Shown: one piece after another, positions 8,432-19,773 of the stretch
Layout: each line of letters starts with the position of its first letter
Position numbering within the stretch: position 1 is the first letter of the stretch
Position numbers and translations under genes: made by a program
Assembly (NCBI GenBank): GCA_035380005.1
Contig: DAOSWJ010000002.1
Span: 1-38,204, forward strand
Length of the DNA stretch: 38,204 nucleotides
Direction of reading: 5' to 3'
Source of the DNA: Prolixibacteraceae bacterium
GTDB lineage: Bacteria > Bacteroidota > Bacteroidia > Bacteroidales > Prolixibacteraceae
The notes under the pieces: model-generated
Told to the model about the DNA's origin: nothing
The model's input: only the letters and a program-made list of their open reading frames with translations
The model's database searches: none

Positions 8432-10387
8432 ATGTACGATATATTAGAACTTAACAAGAAGTTGCTTAATGAGCTTCGTGACATCGCAAAAGAGCTTAAA
8501 ATTAAGCGTGTTGAGAAATATAAAAAACAAGACTTAATTTATCAGATACTTGATACACAGGCTATTTTGGCATCTGAAGGTAAGTTGAAAGATGTAAAAG
8601 GCCCATTGGGTAAAGCTCCTAAGAACGATGAGAAAAAGCCTGAAATCAAAGCAGATGATAACAAACCCAAACGTGGATTGTTAATTGGCCGTAACAAACC
8701 TGCCGGTAAAACAAATGACAGCAATGATCAGAAAACAGAACAAAAAGTTGAAAAACGAACAGAGACTGTTGCCAATGATCAAAAAGCTGATAAAACTCCT
8801 CAAAAATCCGATAAACCCTTAGCAGCCGTTAAGTCGAATAATGAACAGCATAAACAGCGCATCGAGCATCATCATAATAAAGATCAACAGCACAAAAAAG
8901 CTGAAAATAACGACAATGCTCAAAATAAAAGACATCAAAACCAACAGGACGACAGGCAACATAAAGGACAACGACATTTCGATAATAAAGATAAATTCAA
9001 CGATCGAAAAAATCAGAACGAGAACAAAGGCAATTCCGATAATAGAAATGTACAGGAAAATAAAACTGTAGCTGAAGCAAAACCTGTACAAGATAACAGA
9101 AATACTGATAACAGGAATGATCGGAACGACAGAAACGACAGGTATGACCGTAACGATCGTAACGATCGCCAGTACGATAAACAACCTAATTTTAATAGTA
9201 ACAATAATAACAATAAACCATTTCGTGCCAATGCACAGCAGCAAGAAAAGTCGATTTTCGATTTTGAAGGCCTCATAACCAATACCGGTGTGCTCGAAAT
9301 AATGCAGGATGGGTATGGTTTTTTGCGTTCGGCCGATTATAATTACCTTAACTCGCCCGACGATATTTATGTGTCGCAGTCGCAAATCAAATTATTTGGA
9401 TTGAAAACCGGCGATACCGTTGAAGGAACAATCCGCCCGCCAAAAGAAGGTGAAAAATATTTTCCGTTAATCAAAGTGCTGTCAATCAATGGTCGTACAC
9501 CCGAATTTGTACGCGACAGGGTTCCATTCGATCATCTTACACCACTTTTCCCTGAAGAGAAATTTAATTTGACCGGCGTTGGAAGCCAAACACTTTCAAC
9601 TCGTATTGTCGATATGTTTGCTCCAATTGGAAAGGGACAACGTGGTTTAATTGTTGCTCAGCCTAAAACAGGTAAAACTGTGTTGCTTAAGGAGATAGCA
9701 AATGCTATTGCTGCAAATCATCCCGAGGTTTACATGATTGTTTTATTGATTGATGAACGTCCCGAAGAAGTTACAGATATGGCGCGCAGCGTAAATGCCG
9801 AAGTAGTTTCATCAACATTCGACGAACCTGCCGAAAGGCACGTACGTGTAGCCAATATTGTGCTCGAAAAAGCAAAACGCTTAACCGAATGTGGTCACGA
9901 TGTTGTTATTTTGCTCGATTCGATTACCCGTTTGGCCAGGGCTTACAATACTGTACAACCTGCATCAGGCAAGGTTTTATCGGGTGGTGTCGATGCCAAT
10001 GCCTTACACAAACCAAAGCGCTTTTTTGGTGCGGCTCGTAACATCGAAGAGGGAGGGTCGCTTACTATTTTGGCTACCGCTTTAACCGAAACCGGTTCTA
10101 AAATGGATGAAGTTATCTTTGAAGAATTTAAAGGTACAGGTAACATGGAACTTCAACTTGATCGTAAACTTTCGAACAGAAGGATATTCCCTGCCGTTGA
10201 TGTTACCCTTTCGAGCACTCGACGTGAAGATTTGTTGCTTAGTAAAAATATGCTCGACAAAATTTGGATTTTGCGTAACTATCTTGCCGATATGAATTCG
10301 ACCGAAGCAATGGATTTTTTACGCGACAGAATGTTGAAAACTTCAAGCAACGAAGAGTTCATTATTTCGATGAATAGTGGTAATTAG
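8432..10387 (+). CDS. rho: Transcription termination factor Rho with long low-complexity N-terminal insertion
   Basis: Rho N-terminal helix bundle (ELRDIAKEL…KQDLIYQIL), RNA-binding GYGFLR and [16 protein letters not shown], Walker [44 protein letters not shown]. Confidence 0.99.
   Translation: MYDILELNKKLLNELRDIAKELKIKRVEKYKKQDLIYQILDTQAILASEGKLKDVKGPLGKAPKNDEKKPEIKADDNKPKRGLLIGRNKPAGKTNDSNDQKTEQKVEKRTETVANDQKADKTPQKSDKPLAAVKSNNEQHKQRIEHHHNKDQQHKKAENNDNAQNKRHQNQQDDRQHKGQRHFDNKDKFNDRKNQNENKGNSDNRNVQENKTVAEAKPVQDNRNTDNRNDRNDRNDRYDRNDRNDRQYDKQPNFNSNNNNNKPFRANAQQQEKSIFDFEGLITNTGVLEIMQDGYGFLRSADYNYLNSPDDIYVSQSQIKLFGLKTGDTVEGTIRPPKEGEKYFPLIKVLSINGRTPEFVRDRVPFDHLTPLFPEEKFNLTGVGSQTLSTRIVDMFAPIGKGQRGLIVAQPKTGKTVLLKEIANAIAANHPEVYMIVLLIDERPEEVTDMARSVNAEVVSSTFDEPAERHVRVANIVLEKAKRLTECGHDVVILLDSITRLARAYNTVQPASGKVLSGGVDANALHKPKRFFGAARNIEEGGSLTILATALTETGSKMDEVIFEEFKGTGNMELQLDRKLSNRRIFPAVDVTLSSTRREDLLLSKNMLDKIWILRNYLADMNSTEAMDFLRDRMLKTSSNEEFIISMNSGN
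9116..9169 (+). repeat. In-frame 9-bp x6 degenerate repeat encoding [18 protein letters not shown] inside rho
   Basis: aatgatcgg aacgacaga aacgacagg tatgaccgt aacgatcgt aacgatcgc. Confidence 0.9.
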
Positions 10388-10407
10388 TTGCTGGAAAAAT
10401 GATATAG

Positions 10408-10440
10408 AAAAAGGGTTGACTGTTATGTTAACCCTTTTTT
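10408..10440. terminator. Bidirectional intrinsic terminator between convergent rho and the LOG-family gene
   Basis: AAAAAGGGTTGAC-tgttat-GTTAACCCTTTTTT inverted repeat with A- and T-tracts on both sides. Confidence 0.85.
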
Positions 10441-10460
10441 GTTCTTTTAATTAGCAACTT

Positions 10461-11045
10461 TTATTGTTTCTCAGGTACTTTATACCATTTTAAGCCCAAG
10501 TCGTTGTGTTTGTAGTTCTCGATATATTCCAATGCTTGCTTGGGATTTTCAACAACAGTGTACAGTTGTCTGTAATTTTCTTTGGCAAAATGCTCAGAGT
10601 ATGATTGTTCAAATTGCTCTAACAGTTTGCCGTAAAAATTTTTTGTATTGATAAAAACAATGGGCTTTTGGTGATAATCGAGTTGTTTTAAGGTAATTAC
10701 TTCCAAAATTTCTTCAAGTGTACCAAAGCCGCCGGGTAATGCAATAAATGCATCCGAATTGTCGCGCATCATTTTTTTGCGTTCGTCCATGGTTGCGGTA
10801 ACAATGGTTTCGTCGGGGTGATGCGACATTAAATTGTTATCGTAAATTTTTTGTGGAATAACGCCGGTTACTTTTCCACCGTGATTTTTAACGCTATGGG
10901 CAATGTGTTCCATTAAACCAACATTAGCTCCGCCATAAATTAGTTCGTGTCCATTTTCCGAAAGGATTTCACCCAATTCCTTGGCATGTTTAAAGTATTG
11001 TTGATCAACAGCATTACTCGATGAACAAAAAACACAGATCTTCAT
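10461..11045 (-). CDS. LOG family nucleotide phosphoribohydrolase (TIGR00730-type)
   Basis: MKICVFCSSS, LIYGGANVGLM, MDERK and the signature ALPGGFGTLEE. The ATG at 11045 is preferred because the 11084 start falls inside the gyrB terminator hairpin. Confidence 0.92.
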   Translation of the reverse strand: MKICVFCSSSNAVDQQYFKHAKELGEILSENGHELIYGGANVGLMEHIAHSVKNHGGKVTGVIPQKIYDNNLMSHHPDETIVTATMDERKKMMRDNSDAFIALPGGFGTLEEILEVITLKQLDYHQKPIVFINTKNFYGKLLEQFEQSYSEHFAKENYRQLYTVVENPKQALEYIENYKHNDLGLKWYKVPEKQ

Positions 11046-11067
11046 ATTTTTCTTGTGAGTTGGTTGT

Positions 11068-11116
11068 AAAAAATCAATAGTCATTGGAACAACATAAAAT
11101 GCCCAATGACTACTGA
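11068..11116 (-). terminator. Intrinsic terminator downstream of gyrB
   Basis: The minus strand reads TCAGTAGTCATTGG-15 nt-CCAATGACTATTGA-TTTTTT, a 14-bp stem with one G-U pair followed by U6. Confidence 0.75.
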
Positions 11117-11134
11117 CTGATGACTAAAATATTA

Positions 11135-13099
<1,965 letters not shown>

Positions 13100-13145
13100 T
13101 TATCAATGTGTTATATTTGTATTTGCACTTTTTAAAAATTGTGTC

Positions 13146-13153
13146 CAAATATA
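13146..13153 (-). promoter_or_regulatory. -7 promoter element (TATATTTG) for gyrB
   Basis: Matches TAnnTTTG about 50 nt upstream of the gyrB ATG. Confidence 0.55.
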
Positions 13154-13236
13154 ACTAAAACTACCCTTAAAGCCTAAGTTTTAAGCGTATTAAAACTAAA
13201 AGTTTTCAACAACTTAAGTATCGAGAATGTGAATTC

Positions 13237-14967
13237 TTAAAAGGTATATCTAGCTCCCAATAAAATCACTAAACGGGGCGAGTTGTAGCCGTACCAAATT
13301 TCTTGTTTTCGGTTTATAAGGTTGCTTGCATTTATAAAAAACATCAACTTATTGTTGAATTGGTATTCGCCGCCAAGACTGATGTCGATATTGGTAGCCA
13401 TGTTATAAGTATTGTGTTTTTCGCCTGTTGGTTCGTAAATTTTGTACAACGCTTGCCGTGGTCCAATTACATTGGCATTAAGCGTTGTTGATATTTTTTG
13501 GGTTATGTTCACTTTTGCGAAAAGCGCAGCATCGAATTCAGGAGTGTGAGATAATGTTGTTAAAGTTTTTGCATCGTGGATGTAATAATTGCCTTTTAAT
13601 TCAACAATAACATTTTGACTGCTGTAACGAAGGTTGCCGCCGAAGCGTAAAATATTCAAATCGTCGTAATCGACATTGTACAGGTTGTTTACAGTTGTAT
13701 CGGTAGCTGTGCGTGTTTCTGAAAGGTAATAAAATGCTTCGTTTTTGTTTATTCCGTAATTAACATCGAACAAATAAGAAATTCGACGGCTCATTTTTCC
13801 ACGTAATCCACCGTAAAAAGCAATAAGTTGTTCACTTGGTTCAATGTCGAGCTGGTTGTTGATGTAAGGGTTTATGCTTACAATGGTGTTGTAGTTATTT
13901 GCTTTATATCCACCTTCAATACCTGCAAAAAGGCTGAGCATTTCGCGTATGGGATGATACGCAAAATCTATTTTTGGTGAAATGTGAAACTTAAGTGTTG
14001 AATCGGCATTGATCAACGATTGAAGGTTTAAGCCAGCTTTAAGCTCTATATTTCCTTTTGAATATTGGGCATAAGGGGCAATGGCAATTTCGAAAAACTG
14101 TCGGGCATTCTTTGTGCTATCGTAGTAATGTTGAATGTTGCTTTGCTGGTAATAGGCAAACCGGGTATCGTATTTCATGTGAAATTTGCGGTACTTGGTA
14201 GTGTATAAACCTTTGTATTTGGCACTATGAGCGGCTTGCCCGGTTGCGTTCCAGAAATAATTATAGCCCAAACCAACATTGTAATCAAAATTTGTACGGG
14301 TTTGAGTATTGTGAAGAGCAAAGTTTGCCGATGCATTATTGAATGCTTGCCTTGAATTTAGAATGCTTGAGTTTTGTTCGTGTTGACGATACAATAAACT
14401 GTCGATGCCCGGAAAACCGAAATAGCTAAGTCCATCGTGACGATAATTTATGTCCCAGTCGAGAACTGCTTTTCGGAATTGGTTTTTTGCAAAAATTTTA
14501 GCCATGTTGTTGTTGAAAGGTGTTTTTACTTTTATGCCATTATTAAGCATAATTGTCGGGCGCGACGAATAATGGAACAATTGCAGTCCGAAATCGACAT
14601 TTCGCGATGGGGAAGTGTTTATCAAAACTTCGGCATAGGGGCTTAATGCGTTTCCAAAACCTGCTTTAGCATAGCCTTTATTGGGTTTAATGCGTGGTGG
14701 CGTGCCCAGTTTAACCATTGGCAGGTGATTGATGGTTTTTTCAACTTCAATGTCTTTTGAAAAAATCCGATAGTCGAATTCGGGCGAATAGTTTGCAGTG
14801 TCGTTTATACTTGGGTTGCTTGTTATCTTCTGTGCATCCAAAACGTTTGGCTGGTATGCTTTTATTACCTCTACTTCTTTATCGAGCGATGACTCCGATT
14901 GAGCAAAAACGGTAAAGCCGGCAAATAAAAGTGAAAAAAATATGCTGTATTTTGCTAGTGTGTTCAT
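13237..14967 (-). CDS. Outer-membrane beta-barrel protein (TonB-dependent-receptor-like, short N-terminus)
   Basis: Signal peptide (…FTVFA/Q), EVEVIKAYQP, GYAKAGFGN, alternating beta-strand pattern, FINASNLIN, and a C-terminal LGARYTF beta-signal. Confidence 0.75.
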   Translation of the reverse strand: MNTLAKYSIFFSLLFAGFTVFAQSESSLDKEVEVIKAYQPNVLDAQKITSNPSINDTANYSPEFDYRIFSKDIEVEKTINHLPMVKLGTPPRIKPNKGYAKAGFGNALSPYAEVLINTSPSRNVDFGLQLFHYSSRPTIMLNNGIKVKTPFNNNMAKIFAKNQFRKAVLDWDINYRHDGLSYFGFPGIDSLLYRQHEQNSSILNSRQAFNNASANFALHNTQTRTNFDYNVGLGYNYFWNATGQAAHSAKYKGLYTTKYRKFHMKYDTRFAYYQQSNIQHYYDSTKNARQFFEIAIAPYAQYSKGNIELKAGLNLQSLINADSTLKFHISPKIDFAYHPIREMLSLFAGIEGGYKANNYNTIVSINPYINNQLDIEPSEQLIAFYGGLRGKMSRRISYLFDVNYGINKNEAFYYLSETRTATDTTVNNLYNVDYDDLNILRFGGNLRYSSQNVIVELKGNYYIHDAKTLTTLSHTPEFDAALFAKVNITQKISTTLNANVIGPRQALYKIYEPTGEKHNTYNMATNIDISLGGEYQFNNKLMFFINASNLINRKQEIWYGYNSPRLVILLGARYTF

Positions 14968-15002
14968 AATCAATTAAATATTTGTGTTTGAAAATTGATT
15001 GC

Positions 15003-18000
15003 TTATTCTGCTGTGTTGTCTGTTTGGTTTGTGTTTACTGTTTCTTTTTCGATATTTTCAATAATCGCAATTTTGGATTTTGCATCTTCCAATATACCAT
15101 CGTTGTCGATGTTGTAGTTGTCGATTATACTACGAAGGGTATGTTTTGCCTGAAAAACATCTTCTTTTTGAAGGTATATGTCAGAAAGTAGTAAAAACGA
15201 TTTTGCCAGCCAGTATTGGTGTGGTGTGTTTTTACTGATGAAATCCATTATTTCGTTTTCGCTTTCGGTATATTGTTTTTTATTGTACAATATTTCTGCT
15301 TTATAATATTTCGATTCGGCACCTTCTACCGATTTGGTGTCGTTGGTAAACAGGTTGAAATATTTCAATGCTTCGTCGTGGTTATTCAACATGTTATACG
15401 ATTTAGCCAGTTTGAAATTGGCTTCGCGCTTCATCAGTTCAGTAATGTTTTCGGTCGAAAGCAGTGTAATTGCCGATTTTACAGTTAGTTCGGGATGGTT
15501 GAGCTGGTAATTGCAGCGCATGGTTCCTAACCTTGCCCTGAGCAAGTTCCACTTACTGCTTGCTTTTTGTTCGAGTCGGGTAAAGTATTCGAACGATTTT
15601 TCGTATTTGGCAGCATTGAAATTGAGTTCGGCAGCTTTAATTAGCGATTGTTCGGTGAAAATATTGTCGTTTCGCTCAAGAATTTCTTCATAAAAAACCA
15701 GCGATTTTGAGTACTCGCCCTTGGCATAAAGGTGTTCGGCCAAATAGAATGTTGCATTGGTTTTAAAGCTTCCGTCGGGGTATCGTTGTAGGTAGGTTTC
15801 GAGCTGTTGACCGGCATTTGGGTCGTTTTCCATGTAGCTTTTTTCAGCAGCCATGTAAAAAATTGAATCTTGCTCGTTTACCGAAACGGTTGCTACTCCG
15901 CCAAGGTTATTTACATAAGTAAAATAGCCATCAACGTTGTTCATGTCAACATAGTTGTTTTTGATACCAATCAAAGCCGCTTTGGCTTCTTCCGAAGCTG
16001 GGTAGTTTTCAACTATCTTTTTGTAATTTTCGAGTGATTGGTTATTCTCAGAGCGGTTGTAATAAATTAGCCCAAGTTGTAAGCGTGCTTTGCTTATGAA
16101 GTTGCTATTTGGTTGTTGGTTAATAAGTTGTTTGTAAGTTTCAATGGCTTGGTCGATGTTGCCGGTACGTTCGTGTGTGCGTGCTATTTCGTAATATGCA
16201 TCATCAACAAACGAAGAGCGCTTGTATTGTTCTGTTAGTTTGTTGAGTTGGATTTTTTTCGATTCAAAATCGCGTTTTAATCCGTAGCAAAGAGCTATTT
16301 GAAACAAGGCATAATCGGGGTCGTAACTGTTAAGCTGTTGAGCTTTTGTGTAGTATTCAATAGCCTGGTCGTATTGTCGGTTTTGGAAAAAGCAATCGCC
16401 TGTTCGGTTTGCGGCATCGGCTTCAATTTTATTGTCGCGCTTGCTGTGTGAAAGGTATTTTCGGAACCAGGTCGAAGCATCGTTGTAATTTTTGTTGTGA
16501 AAATAGCTGTAGCCAATGTTGTAATAGCTTGTGCCAAATTCGGGCAGATTAAATGCTCCCGGCGTTGCTAAGAATTTCTGATACAGCTCGATAGCATTAT
16601 TGTATTTTGCTGCTCTGAAATAAGATTCGGCACTCCAATAAAGAGCTTGCGCATTGTATGTTCTGTTGTAGCTCCCATGTTCAATCGATTTGTTGAACAT
16701 TTCGATTGCTGCGGTGTAATGCCCGTCGTTAAAAAGTTCGAGACCCCTGAAAAGTGTAACCCTTTGGTACGACTCTTTAATTGCCGGCGTTTGGTTTTTA
16801 ATTTTTTCAATCGAAGTTATGGCATCGCGATAATTGCGGGTAGTCATGTAAACTTTCACCAAATAATCGAATGCTGAATCGTTGCGTTTCGAATCGGGAT
16901 ATTTGGTAATGTATTGGTCGAAAGCTTTAATGGTTTCGTTGAAAGGCGAGTAGGAGAGTTCGTAGGTTAATTTTGCAAAATTAAAAAGGGCATCCTCTTC
17001 AATTTGTGGGTCGAAATCAAATTTCGATGCCTGTTCGAAAGCAACACGTGCTTTGTTTTTATCTCCGGTTTGCAGGTAGCAGTCGGCCAAATGGTAAAAG
17101 GCATTTTGTGCAAGGGCATCGTTTTTAATACTTGCTTTTTCGAAAGCTTTGATGGCATTGTTGTAGTCTTTCGACATGTAATAACAATAACCCAAACGGA
17201 AAAAGTCTTCAGGTGTCTTTTTCCCGTTTACCCCTTTGTATAAATCTAAAAATTGTATGGCATTAATGTATTTTCCTGTTTGGTAATAAGCATCGCCTAC
17301 AATTTTGAGCAATTCGTTACGCTGTTCGTCGGGAGCAGCAGTAACCAGCCCTGGTCCCATTTCAATTACATCGTCGTAACGTTCTTGCAAATAGTATATT
17401 TGAATGGTGTAATAATCGATGAAGCCCGAAAATTTTCGATCGTTTTTTAGTTTTCCAAACTCATCGAGAGCAGTTTTGTAGTTGCCATCGAGGTAGTTAA
17501 TGTAGCCCCAGTAGTACGATGCCGATTGAGCATATTTAGAATTGCTTTTTTTAACTTCAAAGAAGGATTGGGATGCTTCTTTCATGTTGCCGGCTTCGAA
17601 ATTGCTGTAACCTTTGTAAAAGTCGAAATCTTCGCGGTCGGTTTTGGTCAGCAGCGATGCATCGACTTTTTGGAAAGTGCGGGCTGCAATCGGAAAACGT
17701 TTATTAGTGAATTGTAGTTTGGCCAGCTCGAACCAGAGTTGGTTTTCCCAAGGGCTGCCCAAGCTTTTTTCGAGGTAAGCCGAAATTTCGCTGTCGGCGG
17801 TTGGGTTGTTTTGTCGTATCAAGCACATGAGCCGGTAATAATCGAGGTCGAAGCGCGAAGGATCATTTTCGGGTGTAGTTTTTAACAAAACGGAGATCAT
17901 TTCTTCGGCAGCAATAAAGTTTGCCGTGTTATATAAATCGACAGCTTTATTAAAACTAACGGGTTTTAGGCTCTCAGTTTGCGAAAATACGGTTGCCGGT

Positions 18001-18062
18001 AATAGTAAAGTGAAAAATAATAGCGCTTTTAAAGTGCTACGATTCAATATTTTCATAATCAT
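15003..18062 (-). CDS. Large periplasmic tetratricopeptide-repeat protein
   Basis: Signal peptide followed by continuous TPR motifs over about 1000 aa (e.g. AFYHLADCY…ARVAFEQA, AYYEIARTHE…AIETYKQLINQQPNS). Confidence 0.9.
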   Translation of the reverse strand: MIMKILNRSTLKALLFFTLLLPATVFSQTESLKPVSFNKAVDLYNTANFIAAEEMISVLLKTTPENDPSRFDLDYYRLMCLIRQNNPTADSEISAYLEKSLGSPWENQLWFELAKLQFTNKRFPIAARTFQKVDASLLTKTDREDFDFYKGYSNFEAGNMKEASQSFFEVKKSNSKYAQSASYYWGYINYLDGNYKTALDEFGKLKNDRKFSGFIDYYTIQIYYLQERYDDVIEMGPGLVTAAPDEQRNELLKIVGDAYYQTGKYINAIQFLDLYKGVNGKKTPEDFFRLGYCYYMSKDYNNAIKAFEKASIKNDALAQNAFYHLADCYLQTGDKNKARVAFEQASKFDFDPQIEEDALFNFAKLTYELSYSPFNETIKAFDQYITKYPDSKRNDSAFDYLVKVYMTTRNYRDAITSIEKIKNQTPAIKESYQRVTLFRGLELFNDGHYTAAIEMFNKSIEHGSYNRTYNAQALYWSAESYFRAAKYNNAIELYQKFLATPGAFNLPEFGTSYYNIGYSYFHNKNYNDASTWFRKYLSHSKRDNKIEADAANRTGDCFFQNRQYDQAIEYYTKAQQLNSYDPDYALFQIALCYGLKRDFESKKIQLNKLTEQYKRSSFVDDAYYEIARTHERTGNIDQAIETYKQLINQQPNSNFISKARLQLGLIYYNRSENNQSLENYKKIVENYPASEEAKAALIGIKNNYVDMNNVDGYFTYVNNLGGVATVSVNEQDSIFYMAAEKSYMENDPNAGQQLETYLQRYPDGSFKTNATFYLAEHLYAKGEYSKSLVFYEEILERNDNIFTEQSLIKAAELNFNAAKYEKSFEYFTRLEQKASSKWNLLRARLGTMRCNYQLNHPELTVKSAITLLSTENITELMKREANFKLAKSYNMLNNHDEALKYFNLFTNDTKSVEGAESKYYKAEILYNKKQYTESENEIMDFISKNTPHQYWLAKSFLLLSDIYLQKEDVFQAKHTLRSIIDNYNIDNDGILEDAKSKIAIIENIEKETVNTNQTDNTAE

Positions 18063-18210
18063 TATTCTTCGATTTTGTAATGTAAAGTCTTCTAAAATTT
18101 TAAAAAGTAAAAATAACTATTTAATTGTTTTTGCTAAAATCTAAGTCAACGAGTTCTCAACAATTAACTGTTTATTATTTGTTTCTATTATCCTTTTACG
18201 TTAAAAAACT

Positions 18211-18218
18211 TAGTTTTG
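18211..18218 (+). promoter_or_regulatory. -7 promoter element (TAGTTTTG) for the ftsE-like gene
   Basis: Matches TAnnTTTG, 19 nt before the ATG at 18238. Confidence 0.45.
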
Positions 18219-18237
18219 TACAACAAAATTGTGTTTT

Positions 18238-18948
18238 ATGGAAAATGATTATTCCATTTCGATGGTAAATGCGTCGATTTTTCAACGCGAGCAGTTAGTT
18301 CTGGCTAATGTAACCTTTCAGGTTGAAAAAGGTGCTTTTGTTTATTTGGTTGGCAGGGTTGGCAGTGGAAAGTCGAGCCTGATTAAAACGTTTAATGCCG
18401 AAATACCGCTTTACATGGGCTCGGCAACAGTGGCAGGTTTTAATCTCGAAAATTTAAAAGATAAGGATGTACCCTTGTTGAGACGTAAATTGGGGGTTGT
18501 TTTTCAGGATTTTAAATTGTTGACTGATAGGAGCGTGTACCAAAATCTGTTGTTTGTTTTGAAGGCTACAGGTTGGGCCGATCAAGTTGCCATGAATGAA
18601 CGCATTGATCAAATGCTTACTGAGGTATCGATGTTAAATGTTAAGCAAAAAATGCCTCACCAATTATCGGGTGGCGAGCAACAGCGCATTGTTATTGCAA
18701 GGGCTTTGCTCAATAACCCCGAAATAATTTTGGCCGATGAACCAACCGGAAACCTCGATCCGGAAACCTCGATCGAAATTATGCAACTTTTCAGAAAGAT
18801 TCATGCTGAAGGGCGTACCATTGTAATGGCCACACACGATAAATTGGTAATTGACCGTTTTCCTGCTCAAACTTACATTTGTGCCGAGGGTAAGGTTAGC
18901 GAGCTAAACGAACCTATTGACTATGTGAATTTTAGAGAGTTGATGTAA
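18238..18948 (+). CDS. ftsE: Cell-division ATP-binding protein FtsE-like ABC ATPase
   Basis: Walker A GRVGSGKS, the FtsE-type [34 protein letters not shown] and MATHD. Confidence 0.8.
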   Translation: MENDYSISMVNASIFQREQLVLANVTFQVEKGAFVYLVGRVGSGKSSLIKTFNAEIPLYMGSATVAGFNLENLKDKDVPLLRRKLGVVFQDFKLLTDRSVYQNLLFVLKATGWADQVAMNERIDQMLTEVSMLNVKQKMPHQLSGGEQQRIVIARALLNNPEIILADEPTGNLDPETSIEIMQLFRKIHAEGRTIVMATHDKLVIDRFPAQTYICAEGKVSELNEPIDYVNFRELM

Positions 18949-18959
18949 GTTGTTGGTGC

Positions 18960-19742
18960 TTAGTTGTTCGCTTTCATTTCAGGCTTCCAGAAATTTTTGT
19001 TGCTTAGCTCACATGCTTTGATCATTTTTTCGGCATAAAGTGGCCGTGGAAAATTCTTATCAACGTTATTGGTGCCAATAGTGAAAAGCACTCCTTCGGC
19101 TTTGGCCAGTTTAATGAATTTTTCGGAAGGAATCTCGAAACGGTTGTTGATTTCGATAGCAACGTTTTTACTTTTAGCTGCTTCAATCACTTTCATCATT
19201 CTTTCGGTTGTCCAAAACTCATTGTAACGATCTTCCATTTGCGCTGGCAAGAAAGTAGGGTTTACGTATATGTCGATTGGTTCGGTGTTAATTATTTTTT
19301 CCGTAGTTGCAACCAAATAGTCCATAAATTCCTGTTCGTCATCAATCCAAGTTTCCTCCTTAATCCAAATGCGGTTTCTGCGACCCTTTGCATCGGTAAA
19401 AGTCATGGCATCGGTAAAAACATAATCGAAAAGGTTGATAGCTTCGGGCGAAAACATGTGCAGCCATTCGCGCCCTTCGGCTTGCATGCCAATATAAAAT
19501 TGAGGGTACTGACGCATGTATTTAATGTATTCAGCAATTTGTTCATCGGTTTGAATGGGGAACCCAAGGCCGCAATTGGCAGCTATGCCATATTTTAATC
19601 CTTCGTTTTCTGATTTTTTAATGGCTTCTTCGATGGTTAAGTCACCCTTTAGGTGGATATGTAGATCAATGAGTTCAACATTGTTTTGTTGTTGGCAAGC
19701 ACCAAACAGAAATAAAATAGCAATAATGAATAAGTACTTCAT
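18960..19742 (-). CDS. PHP-fold (metal-dependent hydrolase-like) lipoprotein
   Basis: Lipobox (LFLFGAC), the PHP N-terminal motif IDLHIHL, and C-terminal AIEINN…FTIGTNN. Confidence 0.7.
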   Translation of the reverse strand: MKYLFIIAILFLFGACQQQNNVELIDLHIHLKGDLTIEEAIKKSENEGLKYGIAANCGLGFPIQTDEQIAEYIKYMRQYPQFYIGMQAEGREWLHMFSPEAINLFDYVFTDAMTFTDAKGRRNRIWIKEETWIDDEQEFMDYLVATTEKIINTEPIDIYVNPTFLPAQMEDRYNEFWTTERMMKVIEAAKSKNVAIEINNRFEIPSEKFIKLAKAEGVLFTIGTNNVDKNFPRPLYAEKMIKACELSNKNFWKPEMKANN

Positions 19743-19773
19743 AACAGTTAGATTTTTGGTTAGAAAATTACTG

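Noticed and set aside
9092-9215. Short tandem repeats as a possible CRISPR array or VNTR
   Set aside because: They have a 9-bp period, are degenerate, lack spacers, and lie in frame within rho.
8819-9385. 188-aa hydrophobic ORF antisense to rho
   Set aside because: It is a shadow of the low-complexity N/D/K/Q-rich rho insert, whose reverse complement gives I/V/F/L codons with few stops.
11046-11084. N-terminal extension of the LOG ORF (start 11084), and similar TTG/GTG extensions at 1339, 7719, 14973, 18229, 22014, 22090, 25348, 29662 and 36893
   Set aside because: The extensions overlap terminator or promoter elements or precede a better ATG. The downstream ATGs give family-typical N-termini.
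14982-18144. Many 60-90 aa ORFs overlapping the TPR gene (and similar ones within other long genes)
   Set aside because: They are alternative-frame or antisense ORFs inside strongly supported CDSs, with no motifs or independent expression signals.
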